Shown: positions 11,718 through 25,286, counted from the whole stretch's first letter. The stretch: 62,841 nt of DNA, filler included, from Rhabdomonas costata (GCA_019059605.1; 43 parts of 43 records of this genome joined end to end with filler, not necessarily neighbours in it), one strand, 5' to 3'. Notes: generated from the letters alone by a model not told the origin. A program made the numbers and translations.

Positions 11718-13081
11718 GGGGGTGTGGGTGCGTTATACGGAGCCTCAGAGGAGGAGATCTCCCCGATGCGGCTCTGCCAGTCGGAGGCCTGCCACAGCGG
11801 TATCCCTGGACAGGCTGTGCAGTTCGAGGATCCAGCCGCAGTGGCAGGGAAGCTCCCGTAGTGAAACCCCGTCAGTGCGCTGGACACGGCCCACCTCAGG
11901 GCCCCTGTGGTGCCGTCCGTGTCAATGCCCAGAAACTGCCCGTCGGGGTAGCCCAGATAGGCGCTGGTCGGAGCGTGGTCCTGGCCTGAGAGCGCGACCA
12001 TAGCGAAGGCGAGCTCCTTGCGAAGGTCAATCGGCGTCGGGTCCGCTGAGAGCCACGCGCAAGGGTGCAGGGTGGGCTCAGTTATGCCTTGGGCTCTTGG
12101 GTGTCCCGGCCAGACTGCATCTAAAGGGAGGTAACGCTAATCTTGGTGAGGTAAAACGGGTGATCCTCTTCCCGTTCTGATCCTTGATGTTCTTCCCGTT
12201 TTGATCCTTCCGCAAAAGAAAGAATGCGTAGCCCCTTACAACAACCCGCACTACATCAACCACCTGGCCCCACGGAGTGAACTCATTGCTAAAACCAGGA
12301 ACCAGTCTCTTGCCCATTGCAGGACGGCATGTTTTCATCGTGGTCTCCTTCCACATTGCTTGGTAAATCCGGTAGAGAATCTTGTCCTGCTCTTACTAGC
12401 AAAGGCTCTTACTAGCAGAGGACAAGATCGTGAAGGCAATGACGGCAACAATCCTGATCCTGATAATGGGAGATACGTAACGTAGATAATGGTAGATACG
12501 AGTGAAGAAGCAACGTCGATGCCGATGACTCCATGAATCCATGACGATGACTCCATGAATCTATGAATCGGGCCCCAACCAAAGAGGGGAGGGGGAGGTT
12601 ATTACGGTATTGGTAACCACACACCGTAATAACCGTACACCGTACACCGTACACCGTACACCGTAATAACCACATCATTGCGAATCATTATCACTCTGAA
12701 CAATTGGTAACGGCTACCACCGTTGAGAATAAATTGAGGTACCGGTCATCAGTTGCAAAATTACAACTGGCAACCACGGGCTCCTCCTGCAAAAAAAAAG
12801 CCTTAAGGGCATCGTGTCAGCAGCTGATTCGTGACCGAGACAGTGAATTGATCCCCCACCCCGTCGAGGAGAGGGGACCCGGCATGCCGTTGCTGAGATT
12901 AGAGGCGGCAATGTAATGCGCCAGCCTTCGCGTGACCACGGTCATGGCGGAGAAGTGGCCCACCACCTCATTCTCGAGGAGGGTGCACGCCAAGGTGCGG
13001 TAGCTTTCGCCCACGCGGCCCAGCGCGACTTCCGCATTGGCCCGGGTCAGCACACACGACACCACCCCCACCGTCACCAAC
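11718..13081 (-). CDS. Membrane sensor: transmembrane helix plus N-terminal half of a dCache-like domain (exons 13081-12879 and 12045-11718)
   Basis: LVTVGVVSCVLT...long helix...MP/ADPTPIDLRKELAFAMVAL...SAYLGYPDGQFLGID...APYNAPT. YxGxxDGxFxG is characteristic of dCache_1; the contig ends where RPWY would be expected. Phase-1 GT-AG intron. Confidence 0.6.
12621..12666 (+). repeat. Intronic heptamer tandem repeat (CACCGTA)n
   Basis: acaccgtaataaccgtacaccgtacaccgtacaccgtacaccgta. Confidence 0.85.
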
Positions 13082-13187
13082 NNNNNNNNNNNNNNNNNNN
13101 NNNNNNNNNNNNNNNNNNNNNNNNNTTAATTAATTAANNNNNNNNNNNNNNNNNNNNNNNNNNNNNNNNNNNNNNNNNNNNACACAG

Positions 13188-14544
13188 GGATTGCGTTCAA
13201 CCCGAACAACTCTGGACAATCCATGTCAAGTGCCGAGCCTTCGTGCAGGTGACCCCTCTGAACTTTTTCCTCTCATACACAGCGGCCCCCCCCCCACACA
13301 CACACATCATAGGTGCCTCTGAATGACGGAGCTGTCAACCGCCAAACACCACCACCCAAAAACACTCTGGATCCCCCCATCGAGGAGTGTGAGTATCAGC
13401 GTATCAGCCTTTTTGTTCATTCGATGGAGGGAGGAAGGAGGATTGAAATTGGGCCACCTGAGGGCGAGCTCAGCCTCTTCCAGCTCCGCGCGAGCTCCCT
13501 CCTCGGCATCCGTCAGTGGAGCAAAGAAGCTTAGAAGCTGCTGCCTCAGCTGCTCCATTTTAGGCACTAAACCCTCGCTTTCCTTCTCTTGCCTGCAGGT
13601 TCCTTGGGTTCCTTGGGGGAACCCCCTCACATAAAAAAGGCAACAATTTGATATTATCAGGGTGACTTGCAAAGTAAAAAAAAAAAAGACGCAATCCAAT
13701 CGCAAACTCTCAAGAACCGGATTGGCTTCGTATCATCGTATTTTTCTTCGCATCTGCATTCATTGAATTCTTGACTGAATTGATTCCTGGTGTCGAATGT
13801 GTTCGTTGAGTCCTATTCTCAGAACTGAAGACCCGAAGTTTGCCCTGGCACAAGGACAACAGAAGGACCACGCGATCCTTCAGGAAAAGAAGGAAGGCGG
13901 AAGATTCGAAGCATCGGCTGGAAATTAGGAGAGAAATGGTGAGTGCAATTTGAAACACTGAGGCGGAACACATGTGTAAATTTACAGCGCTATGATGACC
14001 TGGACATTTCAGGGGCTATAAGCCGCGGAAGGGCAAACGAGGACCTTATGCCACTACAAATGGCAGCAAAGGGTCTTTGTTCGCAGGAGGCTACAAAAGG
14101 ATAGGACAAGCAGGGGGCATAAGCCAGCAGAGACCTGGCTGACGCCACCGAGGGTCATGGGGAAGAGCAAGCGCTGGGACCTATCGACAGGCAAATAGTC
14201 AACGGAAGGGCAACTGGCCGCATGCAAAAGGAAACTTGAAATGAGAAAAAGAGGAGTAGGGCAGAGTCACACAGGGCACAACAAAACACAGACATACAAA
14301 GGCAGCACTGAAGGGGGGGATTGAAGAGCAAACCCAGGCCGTTCACAGAGGGAAAAAGGGACGGCGGGGAAGGAATTCACAGTGGCAGCCACTACCTCGC
14401 CATCTCCTCCTCCCCCCTGCGATTGCCTCAGATGCTGCAAATCCCACTCCTTCTCTGCACTTTCCTACGACCGAACACGCACGACTGGGCAAGACGCAGA
14501 TCTGGACATCGGACCCATCCTGCCGAGGCCCGGTGACCCTGTCG
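13188..14544 (+). CDS. Possible RRM protein exons (13188-13248 and 14461-14544)
   Basis: DCVQPEQLWTIHVKCRAFVQ + FPTTEHARLGKTQIWTSDPSCRGPVTLS would give an RNP1-like KCRAFVQF followed by a helix and strand; the acceptor is irregular (see findings). Confidence 0.35.
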
Positions 14545-16198
14545 NNNNNNNNNNNNNNNNNNNNNNNNNNNNNNNNNNNNNNNNNNNNTTAATTAATTAA
14601 NNNNNNNNNNNNNNNNNNNNNNNNNNNNNNNNNNNNNNNNNNNNGGTGTGGGGGGGGGTCTGGGAATGCTGAAGAGTGGCAGACAACCCTCTCTGCCACA
14701 TAGGTATGTGTTATGCTGCATTTCTCTCTGCTCTCAGGACTGCAATTTCCTGGTGTCATTCTTCCAATGAATGTCGAAATCACCGCCAAAAGAAAACGCT
14801 GAGCACAAAAGCAGCGAATGCACTTTAATCCTAATTCAGGTAAACCACTTGTAGAACGGCTTGTCCAACCGCTTGTAGAACGTTCAGCTCGACGAAACCA
14901 CCAGATAACGCACACCTCACAATATTCATCTGCCCTGGTGCCAGTGGACTGCACCTGTACCACCGAAGATTGCAGAGCAGCCATTCCAACGCATTGAAAC
15001 GACGAAAACGAAATGCCAAAGCACACGAAAAGCACGCAAAGGCATTGGCTTTTATAGTGCATGGCTCCTTGGTGTACAATGAGGAGCACCTACGGGAACA
15101 ATGAGTCGCAAGAGCAAAAAATCCTGTGTGAGCTATGTTGTTGACCTGATGCTCCCAGAAGCATTGACCTTTCTGGAGTAGAATTTTCGGAAAAAGCACT
15201 CGCTGTTGAGCTGCTGAGGTTTAAAACAACTCTATAAACTTGAAAAAAAAACTTGAAAACTTCCCAAAATCGCAAACTCACAAAAAAAGAGGCAGTATGG
15301 GCCTTTCTGGTGCACCGGTTCAGTTTATGAGCTGCAATGAGTGAAGATCACATAAATTGATGTGTGAGCAACGTTTTCAACGTTTTCAGTTCGAAACGTA
15401 ATCCACCATCTTGGTGCAAGCTTGTATGATGCATGGGTGAGTGCAGAAAACACACATAATTCTTTTTGCAAAAGGCAGCGCACGAACACTTATGATGTTG
15501 TCTGTGCACAACACGCACGCACGCTCTCACACACACACACACACCTTTGGAGGAGGGTAGCAGCAGCAGAACTCTCGCAGCCTTGCACACAGGGTCTTAT
15601 TGGGCCTACCCTGTAAACCACAATCGAATAAATCCCGAATCAACAGTCCACTTCCACTTGTCAGCGGGTTCCGGTGAAAGCGGAAAAGTTAAAGGGGGAT
15701 CGGTTCCGGAAAAGAGATGTTCACAAAAATGTACAGTCCGGTGCCGTGTTCACCTGCGCGTCAGAAAAAAGTCAGAAAGTGGTGAGCATGGGAAAGTATG
15801 TTTAAACCGCGAAATGTCTAAAGCCTATGCGAGCATCGGCACAGGCAAAATGTGCAGAAAAGAAACAGATGACCTGAGTAGGGTGACCTGACCCTACGAA
15901 CAGCGACAGGTTAAAAGGTCATCGCTCACAAGAAGCACAGTTTTACAACGCAAACCAACGTACACATGCGCACAGGGGTATCCGGGAAGATGATACCCAC
16001 CAACAACNNNNNNNNNNNNNNNNNNNNNNNNNNNNNNNNNNNNNNNNNNNNTTAATTAATTAANNNNNNNNNNNNNNNNNNNNNNNNNNNNNNNNNNNNN
16101 NNNNNNNGTTTGGGGGGGTTTGTTCGGACTCACAGAGGGTACGAAGCGTGGGGGAGGGTCGTCGGAGTTTGTGTCACACGGTGTGTGAATGAAAGCGG

Positions 16199-16235
16199 TG
16201 AGTGAGTGAGTGAGTGAGTGAGTGAGTGAGTGAGT
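16199..16235 (+). repeat. (TGAG)n microsatellite in an ALG2 intron
   Basis: About 9 perfect TGAG units. Confidence 0.95.
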
Positions 16236-16337
16236 GCGTGAGCGAGCGAGTGCGTGTGAGTGTGTAAAAGACGGCGTAGGAGAATGAAGAGTTGAAGTGA
16301 GTGAGGTGTTAGTCGGGTGAGGAGGCCGGGGGGTTAC

Positions 16338-17351
16338 CTGGTCCACGAAGAAGCAGTCAAACGGGGGGCCTGGAGGCCACAGCAGCAGCCGAAGAGTGAT
16401 CAGGAGCATCCGCAGGTGGGCAAAGAGGACGTGGCCGCGGTGGGCCACGTGGGCGGGGATCCACCCAAACCAAACCTTTTTCGACACCAGAGCCCGTTGC
16501 ACAGCTCCGCCCACCTCCCGCGCACAAATAAAGGGGCCGTCTCAATAGAGGCTAAGTGGATTCATGAAGGGGGCCAATTGTAAAGGGGTATGGGGAGTAA
16601 CCCCCACCCACCCTGCACTCTTTGGCGTCGTTGGAGCTGCAGGGTCACAGGAGGCACTGTGACATGTAGTAGTGTGGGTGTGCGGGGCTTCCAAGGGCCA
16701 ACTCCAATCAAATCTACATAGAAGGGCGACCCCCGTACATTTGGAATTTGAATAAATGGTATGTGTGTGCCGCTAGGCATTTGCATCGGAGCTGGATTCG
16801 CATCGGTGGGAACGGGACCGCGCACCGCTCCAATCTTTCACTTCGCACCAAGGAAAAGGACATCCAAAGGTTCCAAAGGATCAAAAAGGATCAAACTGAG
16901 AATGAGCGGTCATCAACCCCAGAGAAAAACAGGCTGAGCGGGTTTGCATAAACATCTGTCTGATTTCCAGTGGTTGTGGAAAAAAGAACCTTGCTTGGGG
17001 GAGGGCGGCACTCATCAGAGGTGGGGTCACTACGCGCCTACCACCGTTTTCGCCCGCAAATTGTGCACCCACAGAGAGATGACAGACCGTCACTTTTACG
17101 GTGCCGTCGATGGTCTCCGCGAAGCAGTGCGTGGGGCTGTGGTACGCCGTAAAAACCTCGACGTCGTGGCCCAGCGCGGACAGCCCCACCGCGGCATCCA
17201 CCACCAGCCGCTCTGCTCCGCCTAGCCCCAGGTTGGGGTGCACGAACCCCACCCGAAGCCGTCGTTTCGGCGGGGTCCGCTTACCCACCACATCTCCGGG
17301 GACGTTCCCCTGCCTTTCCCCTTTCCCTCCTCCTCCGTTCGGTCCATTCAT
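16338..17351 (-). CDS. ALG2: ALG2 alpha-1,3/1,6-mannosyltransferase, first two exons (17351-17088 and 16475-16338)
   Basis: LRVGFVHPNLGLGGAERLVVDAAVGL...HDVEVFTAYHSPTHCFAETIDG.../VWFGWIPAHVAHRGHVLFAHLRMLL...FDCFFVDQ; GT-AG, phase 0. Confidence 0.93.
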
Positions 17352-17571
17352 CCTTTTCTCTGCCCTCTGCCGAGCTCACGTGCACTTCAGGCAAACCCCC
17401 CTGCACACATCACACCTCGACGTCCGAAGAAGAAAAGTTGAAAGACAACACACACCAACCACACCCAACACNNNNNNNNNNNNNNNNNNNNNNNNNNNNN
17501 NNNNNNNNNNNNNNNTTAATTAATTAANNNNNNNNNNNNNNNNNNNNNNNNNNNNNNNNNNNNNNNNNNNN

Positions 17572-18077
17572 GGCGTGATCCGCACGCCGTAAAGTGGCCA
17601 AGAACCGGGAGAAAACATAAAGTCCGCTGGAGGCGGAAATACCTTGATAACAATACTTCGTGACGCACAATTGAAGTGCGAGGATGGTAAGGAGCCTTAA
17701 AGTAGATGCAGACGATGAGAAGTGGGGAACCGCCAGCCTGCAACCACCCTTCTTTTCTCCTTCCCCCATTTTTCTCCTGTCTCTTCTTCGCAATTTTCGC
17801 ATTTTGTATTCCAGGTATGTCCCACCCCAGCAGGAGAGGCGTGATCCGCACGCCGTAAAGTGGCCAAGAACCGGGAGAAAACATAAAGTCCGCTGGAGGC
17901 GGAAATACCTTGATAACAATACTTCGTGACGCACAATTGAAGTGCGAGGATGGTAAGGAGCCTTAAAGTAGATGCAGACGATGAGAAGTGGGGAACCGCC
18001 AGCCTGCAACCACCCTTCTTTTCTCCTTCCCCCATTCTTCTCCTGTCTCTTCTTCGCAATTTTCGCATTTTGTATTC
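17572..18077 (+). repeat. Near-perfect tandem duplication, period 266 bp
   Basis: 17572-17810 recurs at 17838-18077, with one substitution seen. Confidence 0.92.
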
Positions 18078-18199
18078 CATTTGATCGACTGCGTATGGAA
18101 GCATGCCCGCGGTTGTGGGTCAATGAGCCGCTATTTGAGCTCCCTCTTGCTCTCAGCTTATTTTTTGAATTGCGCATTTGTGTGGCTGGGCGGTAACAG

Positions 18200-18754
18200 C
18201 TGTACGAGTACAAGGCCAAGGGGCGGTACACCAGTCTGAGCCCAGCGGAGCTGCTCCTGTGCCACATCGACGCGGGTTACCGCACGGCCTGGGACCCCTA
18301 CTGCCTGGAGGTCACTCCCGTGGACAAGGTGTTTGCAATACGGTGGGTGGGGGAAATGCGCGCCGGTTGGCTCGGCTCGCATAGTGATGCGGGTTTTTGT
18401 TGAAGCCGAGGGCCCACCGTGGGAAGTCTTGTCACCTTTTTTTCCCACTGGTGCTGCTGTTTGTGCCTCCCACTCCACATCACATCCCCTTTTCAAGTGT
18501 AACTGATTTACGTGCGCCGTCAACGAGGACACGCTTTCCAGGGTGATGCCACGATATCAGCTGAAAGCGGAAAGCTCTGAATCAACACAAACCCATCGGC
18601 ATACCTATCTCTCTCACGTTCGCTTTCAGCAAGGGGACAAGGAGGTGATGTACTGGGTGGTGAAGTACCCGTGGCCTCTGACCAACCGGGACTACGTGTA
18701 CTACCGCAGGATCTTCATCGACCGTGCAGCCAACCGCATCGTACTTGTCACTCG
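18200..18754 (+). CDS. START-domain lipid-transfer protein (PCTP/STARD2/STARD7-like), exons 18200-18328 and 18630-18754
   Basis: LYEYKAKGRYTSLSPAELLLCHIDAGYRTAWDPYCLEV.../...EVMYWVVKYPWPLTNRDYVYYRR; canonical splice sites in phase 0. Confidence 0.9.
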
Positions 18755-19485
18755 GTGTTGCTCGCCCCTCCCCCGTAAATCCCTGGGGTCTCTCGATTCT
18801 CAACCTCAGCCTGTCCTCGATTTCATTTTTGTAGTGCTCTACTCGGTCATATTTCATCTCAGCTTGTCCATCACCATCTACTTCTCTCAGTTGTCTGGTC
18901 TCTCGTCTTTGCACTATTCTAAACCCCCCCACCNNNNNNNNNNNNNNNNNNNNNNNNNNNNNNNNNNNNNNNNNNNNTTAATTAATTAANNNNNNNNNNN
19001 NNNNNNNNNNNNNNNNNNNNNNNNNNNNNNNNNATTGAGTTTTCTGTTGCTCGCCATATGACAAAGCTCGATTTTAAAATGCCCTATCACACAGTAAAAA
19101 AGGGTCAATAATTCAAGATCTTTTTGCTTCTCCGTCACCGGAACTCCTCTTACCCTCCCCCAGAAATTCAAGTCATAATGAACCCGTCGGTCAAGTGAGT
19201 GACCTTGACGACTAGCGTCAGATTTTTTTGGACACACAAAACGTTTTACGTTATGTTATAATTACGTGGCTTTCACCCCATTTTAACGAACCAAGGACTT
19301 GGAATCACAAAATGGGAGGTGGGCATGTTCTTTTGTACTGTCCGTTGTTTTGAAATGGAGATCGTGAAAGCATTTTATCGTGCGCATTTTGGGGTGTTTT
19401 TCTAGATGCCGGAAAATGAACAAAGGGGAATGAACACGCACAGAGCCTTGGATTGTGAGATGATTTTGTTTGATTCGTTTGCTAG

Positions 19486-19644
19486 GTTAAGAGGTCCATT
19501 GATACCCAAGATATGGAAGAGCTGGAGCGCATCTTGTCAGAGTTTGCGGTTGCTCATCAATCTGACGAGAGCGGCGCTGTGAGCGCTCCGGTGTCGACGA
19601 AGGAGTCGCGAAAGGCGAAGATGCGTGACCTGAAGTTGCAGAAG
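19486..19644 (+). CDS. Exon of an unknown protein
   Basis: AG/GT-bounded 159-nt phase-0 exon VKRSIDTQDMEELERILSEF...RKAKMRDLKLQK with coding-like codon use. Confidence 0.45.
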
Positions 19645-22600
19645 GTTGCCTCCCAACACACGTGCTCGCTGGGGCGAGTTTTGAATTGTTGTGCCGAAGA
19701 TGCACGCGCTCCGAGGTGGTTGCATCAAGGATTGGGGAGAAACTAGGGATTCAAACATCCAGCAGCACTCAGCAACAATGAACGGCGAATTCTCCCTTCT
19801 TATAATTCGCATAATCCTTTTTCTGTTTTGGGCGCTTCTTGGGTGTTGGGAATCCCCGGTCGTCCCGATCGGAACCTCCGCAGAGCGTCCGTTTTTCACC
19901 CTCACAGGTTCGGTATCTCGCGCCAAATTCATCTGTTTTTCTTCCCTTTTTTGGTGTTGGAACGCGACGAGGGCGCGTAAGGGGGAGGGCGTGGGTGGAC
20001 TTCCCAGGAACGTCAGCAGGTCGAGAAGTTCGACCGCGCCATTTCAGAGGTCCTCCGGTCCCGCTCTTTCAAACTTCTGTTTCACCGTAAGCTGACCACA
20101 GCTTTGTAATCAGTCCAGAGGTATGCAATTAGCACTGCAACCGCTGATTCAAGGTTTGTGTGACTGGGACAGTGAAATAGTTTGTATATGTACAAGATCG
20201 ATTCCATCTACATTTTTCGTCCAAGTTCAATTAATGATTGATATGTTTAATCCACCACCCTGATTTCCGTGTTGCTGTTTTTCCACTACGTTATAGCAGC
20301 TTTAGTATGTGGTATGGCTGAGGTCTGATGACCTGGAAAGATCAGGCAGAGGGAGAGGTACTTTGCCGTGTAGTTTCTGCAGCTGCTCCCGCCGGTGNNN
20401 NNNNNNNNNNNNNNNNNNNNNNNNNNNNNNNNNNNNNNNNNTTAATTAATTAANNNNNNNNNNNNNNNNNNNNNNNNNNNNNNNNNNNNNNNNNNNNTTT
20501 GTTGTTGGCCAAATCGAAACCGAATTGCACGGATTTATTTTCTTTACAATAATTCTGAAAGGTATGCGTAGAGATGGCAGGAAGAATGATTACAGTGAAG
20601 CCCAAACTCTACCAGAGCCTTAAAATAGCTGCTGTTGGCTTTCCAAAACCTTCCTTTACCTTCTGCCTTTCTGGAAGGTCCACACGCCAAAACCGATCCT
20701 GACAGTGGCGTCATGGCAGGGAGCTTCATCAAGGCGAACGTTTGATTCCCCTGTCTTTGTCTCTGCACACCCTTTTCACTCGTCCCTCTCTGCACCCAAC
20801 CCCGTCGCAACGGCTGCACCGCCCATGCCATCCGCAGTGGTGGGTTTCGGCGGAAGCGGTGGAGGGGTCCACGTGGTGCTTTCGGAGCATTGCGAATTGG
20901 CAGTGGGGGTGGGCGAGGCCGGCCCTGTGGCGGGGCGAGTGAGGGAGCTCCGCGGGGAGCTCTCCGCCAGGTTTTCCGCTGGGGGGCAGCGGGCCGTTGT
21001 GGAGGTCCGCCCTGGACAGTGCTTCGGAGCGTTCAGGTCTTCGATGTGTGTGTGTGTGTGTGTTTAATGCGCTAATGAGTTTTCCCAACAGCCTGCTCCC
21101 AGCATCAGAGAGGTGATCCGTAGCAGCGGCAAGGCAGCGGGAGAGTATTTGAAAGCCCGCTGGAGGCAGAAACAACCTTTACCAAAGCAATGCCTTGTGC
21201 ATGTAGGGTGTGCGTGTGTGTGTGTGGGGGATCTTATACACATTCACACTTTCTCAGTTGGAAGCCCCACATTAACCTTGACGCCGATGCGCTACGTGAT
21301 CGGCACCATCTCCGAGTGCGGGCCGGGTTGGCACCCTTCCCTGTGGGCAAGCTTTTGCCGTTGCTTAGGTGTGGCAGGCATTCCTCTGGCCTTTATTGAT
21401 AGTATCGGTTGGTGGGCTAGATCTCACTGGGTAGTACTGCGTCATCTATAGAGGGGGTGGGGACGGGTTGCAAACCTTCCCTCTATCTCGCTGTGGGCCT
21501 GTGATCGGTTTCCGCCTTTCCTGCCTTAACACATGCCACATCGTGGCACATTGCGAGGCGGACCCCATGATGCTCCGTGAAGGCATTCCCGGGTTCCCGG
21601 GGACATGCGAAGCTCACGAAAGTGCTGAGACCCAAAAGACCGAGACACCCTCTCGCGTACATGCGCACATCATGTTACTATATTATTGATCACGTTGTGC
21701 TCACGTCTTTAGATGGAGGGCTGCCAGCCCTGAGGCGGCAGCCTGCCCGCTATCCCTGCGCTGCAGCTTCAGCTCCACCATGCTCAAGGTACCTGCCCAT
21801 GATTTGTTTTCCTAACATAAGCGGGGCACATACACACCCCAACCGCGATGACCCAACCACNNNNNNNNNNNNNNNNNNNNNNNNNNNNNNNNNNNNNNNN
21901 NNNNTTAATTAATTAANNNNNNNNNNNNNNNNNNNNNNNNNNNNNNNNNNNNNNNNNNNNATGGATTCAGCAGCTCTTCATTCCGGCGGCCGCCAATGAG
22001 CAAAATGCAAGCAGGAGAAAAGTGCCGCAACAAGCCAGTCTTGCACAAGTGTCCCTAGGTATGGAATGTTAAGCCACTTGTGGCAAAGGATTCCGGCCCA
22101 CCGTGGTGCGGAGGTACATTCGCGGTAATTTGAATGTCAAAGCGGTTGCCTTTTGATATTTGGCTGTGATGTTGCTTGCCGTAGTGCTATGTGGTACGCT
22201 GTGCATCCTTTTGTTGGTTGGAACAAAGCCACAAGAAAATTGGGATTTCTTTTATATTTTTGTGTGCTCTAAAAGGTGTGTGTGTGTTGATTTCGTCCTG
22301 AAACCAAACTATACATTTCTTCGTGGTCATCCTCCACCAAATCCTCCTGAGGCTGTGTGCCGTTCACACAATGGGATCATTATCCGTCACAGACTTCCCC
22401 CGCTTAATCCACTCGATCCGATCCCCCGATAAAGCTTTCGCTTTTTCAGCGCTGTAGACATGAGACTCACCTAGGAAGACTTCTTTCCCACGGTCTGGCG
22501 AAGATTTTGCCGATGGATGGGTAGAGACTGGCCGCAACCAATACCCTCAACTGTCCATGCCTATGATTCTTTGCCAAAGCCCCCCGGTAGCTTCTGATAC

Positions 22601-25286
22601 TCTTCCAAATGCGACTTCACCACCTTCGCTCCGCATTTTGTCTTAATTCTTAGAACGTCCATAGGACAGTGGTAATAGCCATAGTCACACCTGCAGTTTC
22701 TGTTCTTTGTATCTTGTTTTACAGGTGACAGGTGAAACAACTGAACCTCCACGTCATGTCGTCATGAGTTATGATCGCTCCCATTCCAACTTAAAGTGTG
22801 ACTCCTATGGATTAATTGCAATGGACGAGTACCTGATCAGCAAGAAGGGACATCTTCCATCATACCTGAGATGCTAGCTCAGGGCATCATGCATGCAACG
22901 GACGCTCCGTTGCAAGCAGTGCATCGAAGGCAATGTGATGTGCTGGATGCATACCAGATATTTTACCAGCGCAGTTACCAATACACACAAACCAGAAGCA
23001 CCCCACAGAGAAGTTAGCATTCTCATCATAGTCATACCCACTGAGGAAGTTGAGGAAGAAAGACCCTCAGTTACACGGCTACACACAAAACACAGATCAC
23101 GTACTGCACTGGATAATCGAGTGCAAGATCAGTAAAGAGCAGCGGAAGATGCAGAATACAATTGTATATTCAGTGAGCAGTCATCTCTTTTGACGAACAT
23201 GTCATCTGGCTGTCCACGGGTGACAATTGATTTTGAGTACTGGGTGCCGTTCTGCCAGTACCTCTAGACCAGGTTTCTACAGCACAAAAATGAGTGGCGT
23301 CTGATTGATTAGACCGCCTACTGTNNNNNNNNNNNNNNNNNNNNNNNNNNNNNNNNNNNNNNNNNNNNTTAATTAATTAANNNNNNNNNNNNNNNNNNNN
23401 NNNNNNNNNNNNNNNNNNNNNNNNGTGGTCCAGTTCAGCGACTGTGAGCCGGAATGAAATGAAGGGGTTTACTGTGCTCATTTTTGTTTGTGTGTCTTCT
23501 CAGTGCCCTCCTTCCCCCAGTAAAAGGAACCGCAAGCTAAAAGCTGAACAAATTCATGGTGCTTATCCCGGGGCGCGGCCGGAAGGCGCTTCGAAAGGCG
23601 TTGAGAGTGTTAGTGACGGCCCCAAAACGCTCACCCCGGGAAGCCCCGGGGCACCCCGTTGGCCTTTGGATGTCCTTGTTGAATTGTAAACGGCGGCTAC
23701 TAGTGGCGCTGTAACAAGTGCCTTGATCATAAGGGCGGTTTTAAAGGAAAAGGGAACCAAAAACATCAAAAGGGTCAAAACGGCCTAAAAGCGCGTCTTT
23801 CGGCACCCCTACCTCAAAAACATCAACGGGTCGATTTCCGGAGGTCGATTTTTTTCGCAATGTCCCATGCTCGACACGAATTTTGAAAGATTGTTTTCAT
23901 GATCCCAAAGATGTAAGAATGGGTCGTGAAATTCGACTTCGGCACCGCTTTGGTTTTCGCAGAAACGCCCTTTTCAAAGCAGCGTTTATGAAAAGGGAAC
24001 TTTGAAGGCCTAAAAACTCCAAGAGGTCGGCAACAGTCTCATATTTGCGTTTTTCGACACCACCGACCTCAAACCAAAAAGTTGTGACGATTTCCGGGAG
24101 GTCAATTTCAACCTCAAACAAAAAGAAATTTCAGGCTAGAGTCAAGCTTAGGGTCAACATGCTTTGAATTCAAGCTCCAAAACGTGCTTTTCGTGTTCCC
24201 AGACCCCAAAATGAGGTCGTAGGTCACCTTTTTAAGCCAACAAACAGGATTTTTTTTTTGTGAAAACTTGAAAATTTGAGAAAGAGTGAGAATTGAAATG
24301 AGACAATGCTGCATCTGCCCTGTATTTGCTTCGAAGGGTGACGAATCGCTGCAGCTGCAGGCATCGCCCAACAAGAAGTGTGCATCACGAAACCTTCTTT
24401 TTTTCCTAAAGGCAAGACACCCAACATGGCCCTTAAATGGCCTCAAGGACAGCTGCAGGTCGGTGCGCATGAAGTACCCCTGTGCTCTACCCTAAGGTAT
24501 GCTAAGCAGCCTTGACCAAAAGCATGCTCAACATGCAGGCCCGCAAAAGGCCACAAACGGCACCCAAGCCTGAAATTATTTGCAGACGAGAAGGCCCTTA
24601 AAATGGCCAAAATTGGATCTTGAAGGAAGGGATTATATTTTCCGCGTCACCTCAAAAAGTCACAACCGAAAAAAGTGCACTGCGCATCATTTCGGACTTA
24701 GAAGCAAAAAGGGGTAGTGAGAAAACTGGTTTTGACCTGGAGGTGTTTTTGCCTCGTTTCGGCCTGTTCTTTGTGGGCCTACCCCTANNNNNNNNNNNNN
24801 NNNNNNNNNNNNNNNNNNNNNNNNNNNNNNNTTAATTAATTAANNNNNNNNNNNNNNNNNNNNNNNNNNNNNNNNNNNNNNNNNNNNAGGGGAGCGGGTG
24901 ACGGCACAAAAAATTACCCGAGGCAATTACCTGGTCTTCGGGGTTTTGTAAAAGTTTCGGTGACGGAGAGGAAAGAATGTCTTGAATTGTCTTTTTACCT
25001 TGTAACTGTTGTAACTGGAGCTTTTTACAGTCGAGCTTTGGCAGTTCGTTTTACATCCACAGCTCAGGGGGTCGCTCCACATTTTAAATGACAAATGAGA
25101 GCCCAAAACAACAGCACGACAGCTCCGTTTATTGCTTTAAAGAGATGTGAAACAAAACTCTTATAATGACGCACAAGGTGCATACAAGGTGCAAGGGCTC
25201 ATCTTAGTTCAGAGGCCCATTGCTACCACCACTGGGCAGGCGGCGCACTTCGGCTTGTTGAAAGGATACGGGGTACAATAAACGGG

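Noticed and set aside
23425-24787. Homopolymer-rich contig that may be transposon-derived
   Set aside because: No transposase motif, terminal repeat or second copy is visible in this window.
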